In this document: positions 22,875 through 35,879 of the stretch, one piece after another
Layout: each line of letters starts with the position of its first letter
Position numbering within the stretch: position 1 is the first letter of the stretch
Assembly: GCA_025594325.1 (NCBI GenBank)
Contig: JANHCV010000013.1
Coordinates: forward strand, 1,116,001 to 1,180,000
DNA length: 64,000 bases
Direction of reading: 5' to 3'
Source of the DNA: Blastocladiella emersonii ATCC 22665
Taxonomy: Eukaryota > Fungi > Blastocladiomycota
Notes under the pieces: model-generated
The model's input: only the letters and a program-made list of their open reading frames with translations
What the model was told of the DNA's origin: nothing
Databases searched by the model: none
Program-made: the position numbers and the translations under genes

Positions 22875-24249
22875 GGTGCGTCTATGTCTATGGGCGGGGT
22901 CGATGCGTGGTGGTGGTCGGGAGGGGTGGGGCCTCCGTCTCTAGATGAGGGCAAGAGAGAAGGAGGGCGGGCGGGGGGTCGAGGTCGTTCTTGTACGTCT
23001 GCTCGCTCGCTCGCTCTCGGCCTCGATCACGGCGACCATCAGTCAGTCGAACCGCATGATAGGCGCGGCCCTTGTCCGAAACCAGCACCGAAGAGTCACG
23101 CGGGCCGAGGATAGCGCTAGGCACCCTGCGGGATATGGGGGGCGAGCACTGGACGTGCGGCGGCGCGGCGAGCGGGCGGCCAAAAGTGCTCGCGTGAGCG
23201 TGCGCGCTGGGGCGGGGGCGGGGGCGGCGGGTGGCTAGCTCCATACAAACACCTGATCCGGGCCTGTGGTTCGCTGGACAACAGGGACGAGCGGAGCGCG
23301 CGGAGGGCGCAAGCCGCCGCCCGCGCTCCAGAGTCGTGTGCGCGCGGACTTGAAACCGCCGCGCGCCGGCGTGACTACGCCACACCTCGGCGGGTCGCGT
23401 CACCGCCCAGAACGTCACCGCCGGGATTCCATGATGCTGCCGTGGTCTCGCAAGTCGGAGCGTTTGACGCTGCTCGAGAAGCTCGGCGGGATGGGCATGG
23501 CCTGGCCAAGGTTGCCGTCGACTCGCCGCGGACATGGCCGATGGACGGCGTTCGTGCGAGCATCTGCGGCGTCCCGCTGCCGCCGAGCAGGTGGTGAGCG
23601 AGGTTCCTCACTCAACTGGCCCGCCCACGCACTGCGCCGCGCCGAGCGAGGGCCCACTCTCAGATCCCCGCTCTCACCCAAGTTGAGCTCGATTGCCTGG
23701 CCCACGCCGCTCGCCATCGCCCACCATCGCTCACCATCGTGAGTGAGGCTTCTCGCTCGCCGGCTCTTCGCCTTCGCGGGCGAGCGGTCGGCCAGCGTCG
23801 GAGCGCCCCGGCGGCGGTGTGCTTGTCCCTGGTGATCCAGCGATCCCTGGCCGCCGCGGCGCACAACCACATGAGCGACGCGCCGTTCGGCCCACGCTTC
23901 CCCCTTCCCCAACACCAGATTCGCCGGGACCGGCTGAACGGTCGCCCGATAATTATGTCTCGCACCGTGTCTCGCACCACAGGGACGCGTCGCGCTTCCG
24001 CGTCGTCAGATTTTCAACAACACGATGGAGCAGCGATAACTCTGGCATCGGGAGCGCGCCGTATCGCGGGCAAACTCCCGGGCTATAACCTCAGCGGCTC
24101 GATCTGACGCGAGACGCGTCGCGAGGCGTTGGAGGTGCGAGACGTGCCGCGCGAGACATTCTTGGGTCAATGAGTCTTCCCCCGCTCTCGCTCGCAGTGG
24201 ACCGAATCATGAAGTACACATGAAACCGAACAACATCCGCACTCCATGC

Positions 24250-24780
24250 ATTTTGCTCCCTGAGCTCGGGTCTAGGGCAGGAACAGGTCCTCGCCCAAGT
24301 CCCCCTGCCTCGCCGCGATCGCCCGGCACCGCGCTCGCGGACGCCCGGTGCCACTTGCGCGACTCGATTGTGACCGCCGCTGCCTCGGGCTGCGCTTGCA
24401 TACCCGTCGTCGGCGCCGCGTGCACTTTGTACGCTTTGCACTCGCACGCGACGCTGTAGTGCGCGCGCGGGAGCGTCGGGTCCGCGTAGCTGGGCGGGCC
24501 AGGCTCAGGCGACGCGGCAGAGGCAATCGCGGAGACGGGGCGGGGTGCTGCTGTGAGGTCGCGGCTTAGAGTGACGATGTGAGCGGGCGGCGCCGTGAGC
24601 GGGCGGCGCTGTGAGCGGACGGCGACGTGGGCGGGCGGCGCTGTGAGCGATGGAGCGGGCGCAGCGATCTGCCTTGGCGACGCGCTACTCGCGCCGGTCC
24701 GCAATCAAGCTGTCAAGCGCGAGCGCGACGGAAAAGACAGTGCCCGTGCCAGAGATGGAGCACAGTGGGGTCGATGAGAA
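24250..24780 (-). pseudogene. Degenerate copy of the single-pass membrane protein gene (3' part)
   Basis: DPTLPRAHYS..ESKAYKVHAAPTT..TIESRK..PGDRGE..DLFLP* matches the tail of 13109-14209. Frameshifted. Confidence 0.75.
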
Positions 24781-24868
24781 AGTGGGTAAGGCCGAGTCAG
24801 CGGGATCCGCCGACAACGCGGGTGTGACGACCGCTGAGATCGCCGGGGATATATCCGGAAATCATCCT

Positions 24869-24892
24869 CACGTGAGTGGCGCGGCGCGTCTC
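24869..24892 (-). promoter_or_regulatory. Bipartite element variant B
   Basis: Reverse complement of gagacgcgccgcgccactcacgtg, upstream of the 24250-24780 remnant. Confidence 0.55.
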
Positions 24893-25070
24893 GACGTGTC
24901 TCGCGGTTTTGCTTCCCGACCCGGTACTCCCCCTATGCGCGATTGCGGTCGGGATAACGATTAGTGTATTCAGACACAGCCTAGAGCCGCTCGATCAAAA
25001 ACGGCTACGACAGCACTCGCCTTACACCTCAAGCAGCGTGGCGTTCGCAAACCAAGCTGGCGCAAGCCGC

Positions 25071-26640
25071 TTAAGTGCCGCGAGCATGAGCAAGCTCTTT
25101 GGCCTGTTCGCGGGTGATAATCTTATCGAGTGAGCCGTCGGGCAGTTTCGCGGAGACGCTCGTGGGTACGGGCGCAAGCGATATGAAAAGCGGGCCCAAC
25201 AGCGCCGCGTCGTGGCGGACGAGCGTGGCGAATGCAAACTCGAGCAGGCCGCTTACTCGATGACGTGACCCGCAAACGTGGTGTGTGGTGCCGTAGCGAG
25301 GAGACTCAATGTCGTCGTAGCCTTCCTCCTCGCTGGGTGCAAATTTGGTCGATATCAGGAAAGCATAAACGAGTCGCGCCATCTCGTCGCCGCGGGGAGC
25401 AGCCGCAACGAGCTGGAGAAATGTCTCGCGCCATGCGGACTCGTACGTCGGCGAGCAGTGCGGGCATTCGTGAAGATGAGACACGATTGAGGATTCGTAG
25501 CTGTCGCGAAAGTGGAAGCGGACCATGGTCATGACACTGACCAGGTGCCCCGCTGCGCCCGTTTCGCGCGCGAGCACGAGTGCTCGATCGCGCAACTGCG
25601 GACGCGAAAAAGTGGCCTCGGCAAGGCAGGCCATGACGTAGGATGTGAGCCTGGACTAGGAGAGGTTTTCGAGCGGCTCGAGCGGGAGACGCCGCTCGAC
25701 GACGAAAAACAGCTCGAGTACTTGACCGTCCGAGTCGCACTCCCCGTCGAGAAAAGCATCAATAAACGAACCGAACCGAAATCCGGTTCGAGTCTGGAAG
25801 GAATCGCTGATCCGCACAATCAGGCTACTGGAGCCCATCGTCTTGGCAAGGTGGACAAGGTTAGGGTCTGGTGCGTCGTTGGATGTACTAGACACGCTTG
25901 CAAAACCTGAGGGTCGCGGTTGCAATGGCGGAAGTTAGATTATAAGGCCAGGATGAGTGAGAGAGTGACCGCGTACCCTCAACGAGAATGTCTTCGAACG
26001 TCGCTGGCGAGACGATCGCGCGAAGCGCTCCAGCTTCCTCAATCGATTGATACTGGAGCGCATGGGCAAGGATCGCACCAAGTTCACTCGGCCGGAGAAA
26101 TCCGTGAACCACAAGCGGCCGAAAGATTTCGAAGAGGAACCTATCCGGCTCGTAAGTGTCCTGTTCGGTCTCGAACCATCTCCCGATGGATTCACTAGCG
26201 GAAGCTGGGACGTTGGGAAGCAGTGATTGACATATCTTGTCAGAGAAGCGACCAACGAGCCCGGCGAGAGTGAGTGCTTCATGCTCGCCGAGACGGTTGA
26301 CGAATTTGGTCATCAGCGCGCTTGGAACTTCGCAGTTGGAGGAGAGGATTGCATCCATCGTACCCACAATGTCCTGCGTCACCACCGAGCGTTCGGAGAC
26401 CCTGTAGAGCATGAGTTCGGAAGCGACTGGTAGGGAGGCAAACTCGAGGACTCTCGCTGGGTGGGCGTCAAAGCGAGACGTGAACAGGAAGTTGAGCGGG
26501 ACGACCTTCCAAAACGTCACAGCGACGTAGCCGAGGAAGTCGGCCAAGCAAGGCTCGAACGCCAATTCGGCTGCGGCATCAAAGATTTCCTCGAGAAGCG
26601 TCTCGTCATCGTAATTAAGTTGTCCAACAAGACCCAGGGT
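25071..26640 (-). pseudogene. 5'-truncated F-box-like subfamily I copy
   Basis: Continues in frame across the IR boundary at 26515. Intron 25907-25976. In-frame TAG at ~25656 (LS*SRLTSY vs FSHSWPATY). HECPHC and HHVC motifs. Confidence 0.8.
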
Positions 26641-27307
26641 CGACCAAGCTCGAAGCGGGGCGCTGCTGTGCGGTCGCGGTTAGCGCAGTGAACTGTGGAG
26701 CAGGCGGGGCGGGCGGCGGCGGGACGCCGCCGCGGGTGCGGAGCTCAGTCTTAACCGCGTATTTCTCACGCGGGTACATGTCGAGGTCGGTGAGCGTGAT
26801 GGAGAGGGCGGTGCATGATCCGAGCGCGGCGTACATGAGAAGAGCGAGTCCGATTACGGGCCCCAAGACGTTGCCCGATGACCATTTGAGATCTGCTTGC
26901 AGCGTAGGTCTGCCATCGCCGAGCCCGTCGGCGAGAGCGCAAGGCTGTGGCCGCGACCGCGATGGCGTCACACACTTAGCCGAGCCGTTTCCCTGGTCCG
27001 TGGCGAGCCCCGCATCCACCGGTGCCGCTATTATGCGAGCCCCGCGTCCACCGATGCCTTTATCATGTTCGCGTCAACCGCGTACGCTTCCGCACCGACC
27101 GGCAACGAGCCGTGCCAGGCGACCATCATTGAGCCTGCGCCTGTGTCACTGCGATCGGGCCACGACGCCCGCTGTCAGCGGCGCCTACGTCAAGGCGAAT
27201 TCGCTGCTGAACCAAGCTTTCCAAGCACAATTCGGGGTTTTTGTTCGGTCAGTGGTGCTGACCCATTTCCGGCCGATCGAGTGAGAAAGTATCCGGCCAA
27301 TATTGCT

Positions 27308-27331
27308 CACGTGAGTGGCGCGGCGCGTCTC
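27308..27331 (-). promoter_or_regulatory. Bipartite element variant B (IR copy)
   Basis: Mirror of 16959-16982. Confidence 0.55.
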
Positions 27332-27562
27332 AACGTGTCTCGCGCTTTCAACTGTTCACCCGCTCTGGAGGTGGCCTGACCTCACTAATCTGCGCGTACC
27401 TCGCGGAACGTGACGAGAGGATTATATAATCAGTCGCAGGAGAGAACGCATCGATCATTCGCGACAACGAAGACGTTTGGTCAACGGCTCAGGCAGCTTC
27501 GCGCCGACGTAACACGGGAGCGGCGCTTCTTCCCGCAAGTTAGAGCATGATCAACGAGTAAA

Positions 27563-29922
27563 CTATTGGCGTGCGACATCACGGACAGGCATTTCGGCCT
27601 TCGCAAAATGAGTCGGCGCGAGCCGCTCGAGCTCCGCAAGGTGGCCTTGTTCGATTCCGAAAGTACGGGCATATCGCTCAACGAGCTTGACGGTCATGAA
27701 ACCATCGAGCGACCCGTCCGGCAGCGTCATGGAAATGCTCGTCGGGACGGGAGCGAGAGCAAGAAAGAGCGGCTCAAGCAGCGCCGCGTCGTGGCGGACG
27801 AGCGTGTCGAATGTAAACTCGAGCAGACCGCTCGCGCGGCGGCCTTTGTCGCAACCATGGTCGTGGGTGGGATCGTATCGAGGGTACGTGTAAGGATTTG
27901 ATCGGTATCCACCAGGAATTATCGTGTCCAAGAACGCGACAAGAAGCTGCGTGAATTCCGCACCGCGGGGAGATAACGCGACGAGCGCAGGAAATGCCTC
28001 GCGCCATGCGGGTTCGTATGTCGAAGAGCAGTGTGGACATTCTTGTAGTTGGGACATTAATACGTTTTCGTACCGGCCACGAAACTGGAAGCGGGCCGCG
28101 GTTGCGGCGCTGACCAAGTGTCCCGCGGCGCCCGTTTCGCGCGCGATCTCGAGAGCACGATCCCGTAGCTGCGGCCGCGAAAAGGTGGCCTCCGCGAGAC
28201 ATGCAATGGCGTAGGTCGCAGGCCAAGAGTGGGAAAACGCTTCAGGCCGCTCGAGCGAGAGGTACCGCGCAACGGTTGAAAGCAGCTCGAGCACTACGTC
28301 GTCCGAGTCGCGTTTTCCGTCGAGGAAAGCATCAATGAACGAATCAAATCGGAATCCGTCCGGTGCGCGGTAGCAATCACTGATCCGCGAGATGAGAGAG
28401 CTGGAGGCCGTCGCCTTAGTAATGTCAGCAAGCGCCGAGTGCGGTAATGTGCCAGCTTGAAGCTCGTTCGCAAAGGCTGAGCAGGGCGTAGAGTGAGTGA
28501 ATAGGGCAGGCGTAGAGTGAGTGAATAGTCAGACATGAAAGTTGGATCGGGTTATCGAAGCGACCGCGTACCTTCCAATAGAGTGTCGTCCCACGCAGCT
28601 GGTGAGACGATTGCGCGAAGCGCTCCAGCTTCGCCTTCCCGGCCGACCACGCGTGCAAGGATCGGACCGAGTTGAAGTGGCAGAAGAAACCCGTGGACGA
28701 CAAGCGGCCTGAACGTTTCGAACAACAAAGGTCCGGCGCGCATGGTGTACGTGAATTGAGCTCCCTCGAACCAGCTCCAGATCGATGGACCGACCGACGC
28801 GTGCTCCATCGGAGACAACGACGCGCATATTTTGTCTGAGAAGCAATCGACGAGTGCAGCAAAAACCAGAGCCTCGTTCTCGCTGAGATAGTTCACGGCC
28901 GAGGACATGAGCTTGTTTGGAACGTTGCAGTCGCAGGAGAGGATTTCCTCCATCACGCCTGCAATGGAGTCAATCGGGTCGGAGCGCTCGCCAAACATGA
29001 ACTGGGTGACCGGTAGCAGCGACAGGATCTCGAGCACCCGCGCTGGTCGAGTGCCGAAGCGAGCGGGCGACGTGAACAGCAAGCTGAGCGGAAGCGGCTC
29101 CCAAAACGCGGCAGCAGCAAAAGCAAGAAAGTCAGCCAAGCACGAGCCCAATGCCGAGTCGGCTGCGGCATCAAAGATGTCGCCAAGGGCTTCGCCGTCG
29201 TCATAGCCGACCGGGTCAAGGAGCCCGAGAATCTCCCAAACCCGCAGCGGGAGCAAAGTCTTGAAGAGATGGGGCCAGCGAGATTCGATTTCTGTCAGCA
29301 GATACTCGAGTAGCGTGCAGTTGTTGAGCGTGACGGCGATCGCCAGAATGCGGACAATGACATTAGTCGGGAAACTGTAGAGTGAAGCATGCAATGATCG
29401 GACAGATAAGCCTTCTGCAAGGTCGCTGAGAAAGGGGCCGAGTTCGTCGGCGGTCCGTCTGGAAAGCTGGGCGTGGGCGCGGGAGCTGGCACACGAAAAG
29501 ACGGCGCGAAAGAGGGTGTCGACGCGGGTTTGGAATGAAAGTAGCGCTTCGACGTCGGAGGTGTCTTGAACGACGTCAGCGAGCTGACAATCAAGCTGTG
29601 CGGCTGCACGCGCCAGGATCGTCGATCCGTCTGGCAACTCGCCAAGACTTAAGTGCTCGGGGTCTCCGTCAAACAAGCGCCCGATCCGAATGAGCTCCCG
29701 CGCCGTCCATGTCGAGAGCACCACTGCGTCGCAAGCGACGCGAGCAAAGACTCTTGACGCGGCTGGGACATCGGGCCGGGCCAGCGCGAGCTGCAGGACA
29801 GCGGCAACCAAGTCTGCCGGGAGCTCGGGCAAGGATAAACAGCGTCTGTTGGATGATCCGTGGTCCAAATGCATCAAGTGATTCATGGCCGAAGGCATCA
29901 TGTGGCGGCGTGCCGAGCTCAT
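27563..29922 (-). CDS. Two-exon F-box-like protein, subfamily I (IR copy)
   Basis: Identical translation to 14368-16727; intron 28477-28571. Confidence 0.85.
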
Positions 29923-30080
29923 TGCGGAGAGTCGAACGAAACGCGCCGAGTTCGCACAGGAGACTTGGCGTTCAGCGTTAGCGTTGCGCCTCCGCCCTCC
30001 CCTTCGCGCTTCCGCGACTTAAACTAGCGACCCTTGCTATGAAAATACTCTATGTATGCATTCGTTCTAGATGCTCCGTT

Positions 30081-31181
30081 CTAGGGCAGGAACAGGTCCT
30101 CGCCGCGATCGCCAGGCGTCACGCCGACCAACGCCCGGTGCGGCTTGCGCGCCTCGATCGCGAGCGCCGTCCCCGCGGGCTGCACCGGCATGGTCACCGG
30201 CGCGGCGGCGTGCACGTAGTAGACCTTGCTCTCGTACACGCCACTGCTGCGCGTGCGCGGGAGCGTCGGGTCCGCGGGGCCAGGCGAGCTCGGGTCGGGC
30301 GCCGCGGTGGAGACGGCGGAGACGGGACGCAGCTGTGCGGTCGCGGGAGGTGCCGTGAGCTGTGGAGCGGGAGGTGCCGGCGGCGGCGGAGTGATGCCGC
30401 GGGTGCGGAGCTCGGCCTTGGCAGTGTGCCGCCCGCGCCGGTACATGGTGAACCCGACGAGCACGAGGAGCAGGGCGGCGACGGCGCCGAGTGCGGCGTA
30501 CATGATGCTGGATGAAGAAGCCACCGAGTCGTTCGGGACGTTGCCCGCCGACGCCTTGGGATCCGCCGCCAGTGGCGTGGGCGTGACCGATGCTGAGCCC
30601 GTCGGCGCAGCCGTACGCGTCGCCGAGACAGTCGTGGACGTACGCGAGACCAAAGCTGAGACTGTAGCAGTCAACACGGGCGGCAGCGACACGATCGCGG
30701 GCGAGAAGGGCGGGCAGGCAAACTTAAAGTCGTAGTACGCCGGGCCCGACGGCGGGTTCGTGGCAGCAATCTCCTTGAGCACGCACCCCGCAAACGCCGA
30801 CTCCTGGTCCTGCACCCACGGCCCAAACTGGCTGCTGCTTCGAGCCCCGCTGCGCGAGTACTCGTAGCCATTGTACGCGAGCCGCGTGAGCCCGTCCTTG
30901 TCCCACGAGACGTCAAACGACGTGAGCCCGCCCTCGCTCACAAACACGTTGGACGGCGGGCGGACGCGGCTGCTGGTGCAGTACGCCTCGAGCGACGTGA
31001 TCACGTCGCCCGTCCACACGGGGATCAGACCGGCGAGGATCGAGTCGTCTTTGCCGTCGACGCAGTGCACGCGGCTGATGCTCGAGCCGACCTCTTGCCC
31101 CGCGGTGGACGGCCGCAGCGATGCGGGAATGTCGCCGATCCGCTTCGTGCGCGGCTCGTCGAGGCGGTCCGTGGACGACAT
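30081..31181 (-). CDS. Single-pass membrane protein (IR copy)
   Basis: Identical translation to 13109-14209. Confidence 0.75.
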   Translation of the reverse strand: MSSTDRLDEPRTKRIGDIPASLRPSTAGQEVGSSISRVHCVDGKDDSILAGLIPVWTGDVITSLEAYCTSSRVRPPSNVFVSEGGLTSFDVSWDKDGLTRLAYNGYEYSRSGARSSSQFGPWVQDQESAFAGCVLKEIAATNPPSGPAYYDFKFACPPFSPAIVSLPPVLTATVSALVSRTSTTVSATRTAAPTGSASVTPTPLAADPKASAGNVPNDSVASSSSIMYAALGAVAALLLVLVGFTMYRRGRHTAKAELRTRGITPPPPAPPAPQLTAPPATAQLRPVSAVSTAAPDPSSPGPADPTLPRTRSSGVYESKVYYVHAAAPVTMPVQPAGTALAIEARKPHRALVGVTPGDRGEDLFLP

Positions 31182-31703
31182 GGCGGGCTGGCTCTAGTTA
31201 AGGCTGGCGTGAGTGAGTTCCATCCGAGTTATCCATGAGCTGTGCATACGTGTTGAAAGAGCCGATCCGATGAAGGGAGAGAGCGTGGGTCCGAGGGCCG
31301 TCAACGAAGCGAGCACGTTTGCTGCGGAGTGAAGTGCGCCCACGCGGGCCACTCCAAGATCACATCTCGCCCGAGCAGCAAACCGCCGACAACGCCCATC
31401 TGTCCAGTTTCTTCCGTTTCTTCCTGAGATCGTGTGAACCGGCATCACATGGCAAGGGGACGGCGCGCTTGCGACATAAAAGTCGCTTGTGCGGCTCGCT
31501 CGACGCCGAAGTTTGTCGGGCTTTGCGGCCAACCTTGACGCTTGTAGCGCTGTGGAGCACTTGTCTTGTTCGCAGCGCTGATGCGGACAAAAAACTACGA
31601 TGACGAGGGAGACGTGTCGCTCATGTCAACCGGGGTCAGCTGACGAGAGGCAGGAAGCGTTCACAAGCGAAGCGGTTGGCGCGAACGCGTCGCTCGGCGT
31701 TCG

Positions 31704-33034
31704 TTGTCTCTCGCCCCGTTGATGGATCAAACAGAAACACACCCGTACACCATGCAACACACCATGCAACACACCATGCAACACATTATGCAACACACCA
31801 TGCAACGACTGCCAATCGAGCTGATCGAGTCCATTCTCGTCCACGCGCTGCGCGGGGACCTCAACGGAACGGACCCGCTTCCGCTCCTCCGCGTCGCGCC
31901 CGGACTCACACGCCTCCGCCGCTTTGTGCTCAGCTTCTCGCTTCACGCTCGGCTTGGTCGGTGCATGATGCCGTCTGACAATCACTCGCCAAACCAGCGG
32001 ACACATCTCACGCTGCTCCGAGACATGCTGCTCGAGCACCGCGGGCCGTCCCCGGACATGAAGCAGTCCGAGTTCTACTTTGCCCCGTCTACTCCGCCAA
32101 ACGCTTCGATCGCTTTGTTGATTGGGCCCAGCGCAAAACCGGCGACGACGGCCGAGCACTTGTCAGCGTGGTCGACCAGGCCGCGGCCACGGGCCACCTC
32201 GACGTGCTTCAGTACTTGCGTGCTTGCCAGCTTCTCACAAACTACACGACGCGTGCCATCGACGAAGCCGCCGCCGCTGGTCACCTGCACGTCCTCCGCT
32301 GGTGGCAAAATTCTCGCTTGCCGATCAAGTCGACGGATCGCGCGTACTACGGCGCCATTGAATGTGACCGCTTGGACATTGTCAACTGGGTGTGCGAAAT
32401 GGGGCTCGAGCCGACCTGCTACTTTGAGTGCACGACCATCATCCCGCGCGACGCGCTCATGGCCGGCAGCATCGACATCCTCAACCACCTCATGCACGAG
32501 GATTCCAACGAGTGGTGGATGATGGCCATGGGCTGGGACTCGTTTGTTCTTGATGCGTTGCACCAAGATACGCTTCACGTTCACTCGCTTGACTGGATCC
32601 TTGACAATGTGCCGCAGCAGCTCCTCAAGCCGTACCCGCCGAACAATCCGGACCCCCGCTTCGACTACAGCAGCGTCAAGTACATGTCGTTCCTCGAGTC
32701 GATCGAGGGCTTCGTCGCCGAGACCACGGACGATTTTTGGAAGTATCTGGTCCTGTGCGCGACCGAATTCTGTGCCATCGAGGTTCTCGATTGGGCCGCC
32801 GAGTTCGTTCCACCCAAGTCTCTCGTTTGTCCGTTGACGTGGATCTGCGTTGACAAAAACGACAACGAGGCCTCTGTGCTCGAGCGACTCAACTGGTGGA
32901 AAACCTCGGGTATCAAGCTGGCTCCGGGTCCTTATCATCTCGCAGTTGCTACGGCGGAGCAGCTCGAGTTCGACAAGGTGGTCGCGTGGTGGCGCGACTC
33001 GGGCCTCCTCCTGCAACAGCTGGACGACGCGTGA
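31704..33034 (+). CDS. F-box-like / ankyrin-repeat-like protein, right paralog (one frameshift)
   Basis: MQRLPIELIESIL; AIDEAAAAGHLHVLRWW. Collinear with 11314-12750. Frame break at C4 run 32083-32086, possibly a sequencing error. Confidence 0.7.
31749..31806 (+). repeat. 12-bp tandem repeat (accatgcaacac x~5) encoding TMQH
   Basis: Five in-frame ATGs at 12-nt spacing; the left paralog has two units. Confidence 0.9.
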
Positions 33035-33145
33035 GAGCATGCAAACCGATACCTCCATCAGTGCATATCAGTCTTCTTTCTTTCGTGTTAGTGGTGCGCG
33101 ACACGTTTCAGCAAACATGATTTTTCGTCGCGACGGGGAGCTCAC

Positions 33146-33167
33146 CACGTGAGTGGCGCGGCGCGTC
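33146..33167 (-). promoter_or_regulatory. Bipartite element variant B
   Basis: cacgtgagtggcgcggcgcgtc. Confidence 0.5.
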
Positions 33168-33569
33168 GTCCGACAAGTGCGGCGAACCGCCTGACAGACA
33201 CGAGGCTCTTGCGACGCACATATCCGCGGCTCATATAATTACTCTCGAGATCCAAAAACGAAACAAAGTCTTCGTGTCGCGTCCACCGACAGTTTGCTTG
33301 CCTTCGAAACGAGCAACGCACACGAAATGGAGAGTTCGACCTGCCTCGCGTTTGAAATCACGTAAATTGTTTGCTCGCTTCTGCCCCATGAAAATGGCTC
33401 ACCTGTTGATGACTTGGCGATGTATCACCTCGGAGTGCTCATGCGGAAACACGTGCCTACGTCCAGCCGGGTTCCCACGGGTCGCGACGCGCTTGCGCGT
33501 TCCCCTCCTCCACCCGTCTCCGCTTCTGCGCTCCGCACCTCTCAAGGTTGAGTGCAATCACTTGTTGCA

Positions 33570-35879
33570 ATGGAACACTCAATGCAAAACACGGCCGTGT
33601 CGCCGCTTGTGCTCGGCGACGTGCCTCCCGAGCTCTTGACCCTTGTGTGCCAGCTCGCCCGCCCGAGCCATGCCATCCCGGCCGCTTCAACGCTTCTCGC
33701 GCATGTCGCCAAGGAGCGCCCAGTCCTCGCTTCTTGGTCGCTTCCTCGGGTCAAACAGCTCGTCAGCGGCCCGCCCCAATTCAAGCGCCCAGCTTACATG
33801 TCTTACGGTCCTCATCCCACCAAGGCTCCCAAACCTCTCAAATTCAGCTCAAAGTTACTGATTGCCGAATTGTCGAGGATCGAGCGCAAGCTTAACGAAA
33901 TTGCCCTTGACAACCACGATGCCCTCATTCGCACATTCGTGGACTCGATTATTGTCCCGCAGTTCTCGCGTCTCGGAGCGGGCCTGAGCATCGAACAGCT
34001 CTGCAATGTATTCCACGCTCAACCTGCACGGCCTTGCTTTTCTCGACCTATGCTCGTCGACTGTGTGCAGCTTCTTCTTGCCGCTGGGGCGGGCCGCGAC
34101 TACCCCCTCTACCGCCAGCTACTTTGCGCAATTCTTCAGTACTGTCCAAGTTTACTCCAACTCAAAGATTCATGGGGCAATTGGATCTCTCTCGCAATCA
34201 ACGCTTCGGATGATGCCGGGAACGTCTGGAACCTTGTACTGTTGCACACCGACTACAAGGACGGCGACGGTGGCGAGCTCATAACCGACGGCGACGATTA
34301 TCATCGTGCCTCGCCCGACTCGGACGCGAATGGTTTCGAGGCCAAGTTGCGTTGCTCGCTCAAGCACCCGCTGCGCATGGTCGAATTTCTTGCATGTTCG
34401 GCAGCTTTCCATTGGTGCTTCACGACCCTTGAGCCCTTGCTCGACCCGCGCCTGGGCCTTGACACGACAGCTCTCATTTTCTTCCTTCGGGGTAAGGAGG
34501 TTGCATCCAAACTTGTCGAGGCATTCGAACCACCTTACTGCGGACCCTATAACTTGCCAAAAACAACAAGGGGCTCAACTGAAACCGAGGCGCAGGTACT
34601 TGACTGGCTTGTTGCCAGCGGCTGGACGAACACCGTAGCTGCAGATCGCTCCTCGCTCATGTACTCCTTTGCGTGCTGCGGACTAAGCGCGTTTACGCAC
34701 GCGCTGAAGAATTGCCCGCAGGTCCTCCTTGGATCCGCGTCGTCAAACACTTCGAAAGCCGTCAGTGGCCGTATCATTGTCTGGTTCCAGAATGAGCCCT
34801 TGATCACGTCTTCCGATTTTGCACTTATTCTTCAGCACGACCTTCTCGATCGTGACGATTGGGAATGGAGCCAGGCTGTTTCTCGTGCGCTGCAGAATAG
34901 TCCAGGCTGTCTCGAGCTGATCCGCGCCTACCTCGGCGAGGACAAGTGGCGTGCAACGGTCAAGCAAGGTACGCGTCGTGATTGGTGCGCCTTGGGCCCA
35001 CACTCACTCACGTGAATTCATGTAGCGATCCACCTCGTCGTGAGGGAGCCTCCCGAGATGCAAGATCCTTACTACGAGGCTTACCCAATGCTCGCCCCAA
35101 CCCACGGGCAGGCCTTTCTCCGCTTCGTTCGCGAGCAGGGACTCGGCGACCTCTCCGATGAGTTTGCCAGGGCTATACTGGATTGCGCTATCGTGTACGA
35201 GGAGTCGACCTGCCGTGCGCTCAAGCGACTTGTTTTTGATCGCTTGATGGCGGACCCGATTGACATCTTTGTCATTCTGTGCAAGGTGCTTGGGCAAAAC
35301 CGAGACTCGATTGACCGGCTTGATCCATCCTGCTCTGTCATCCTCCCCTTTCTTGCCATGGTCGCACTAAATTCGACAACAACGCGTGCTCGCGCGCTTG
35401 ATATCGTGGACAAGACGGGAACAGCGTCTATTTGGCTCCAGGAAATGCTCTGGGCGACCGCGGGCCGCTTTCGGCTTCTGCAAATGGATCCCATCGTTCA
35501 TGGGCCCCTGCTTTGCGCCGCATGCCCCTTCACGTACCAGGCCCCGTGGCGCGACGCGCTCAATGCGCTGCTGACCCGATTCCCGTCCGCAGTACGCGGC
35601 ATCGGGCTGTCGCGCAGCCGAAAGTTTTTTCGTGGCTTGCCCTGTGTACTCGCCCCTGAACTTGCTCAGCGACTGGTGGAAGAGACTAAAAACTCGTGTT
35701 GCGCTCCATCGGCACCGTGCGGCGGCCCGACGCGTTACCTTCTCAAGTCGTTTGCGCGCGCTGATCCGAAGTGGGTGCCCGCTTTCATCAGGGCGCATGA
35801 GCCTGTGCCGCCGCGCCTCCTCGATGCACTGTCCGTGGCCACAATCGGCAGCGCGCACAATCCCTATGGCGACGAGTAG
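33570..35879 (+). CDS. Two-exon F-box-like protein, subfamily II (~750 aa, intact)
   Basis: LVLGDVPPELLTLVCQL. Intron 34969-35025 gives ..VKQ|AIHLVVREPPEM.. (1399+854 nt = 751 codons). CAACPF, SCCAP and FARADPKW motifs. Confidence 0.85.

Larger units (their letters stand above)
26515..31372 (-). repeat. Right arm of 4858-bp inverted repeat
   Basis: Reverse complement of 12918-17775. Confidence 0.95.

Noticed and set aside
22880-24200. ORFs upstream of the subtilisin gene
   Set aside because: GC-rich low-complexity translations with no consistent frame or splice pattern; treated as intergenic.
12918-31372. Fold-back read artefact as the sole explanation
   Set aside because: The 8.7-kb unique spacer, one internal mismatch and diverged homology beyond both ends argue against it. 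It cannot be fully excluded without reads.
31749-31806. CRISPR-like array
   Set aside because: Tandem 12-mers without spacers, in coding frame, eukaryotic context, no cas genes.
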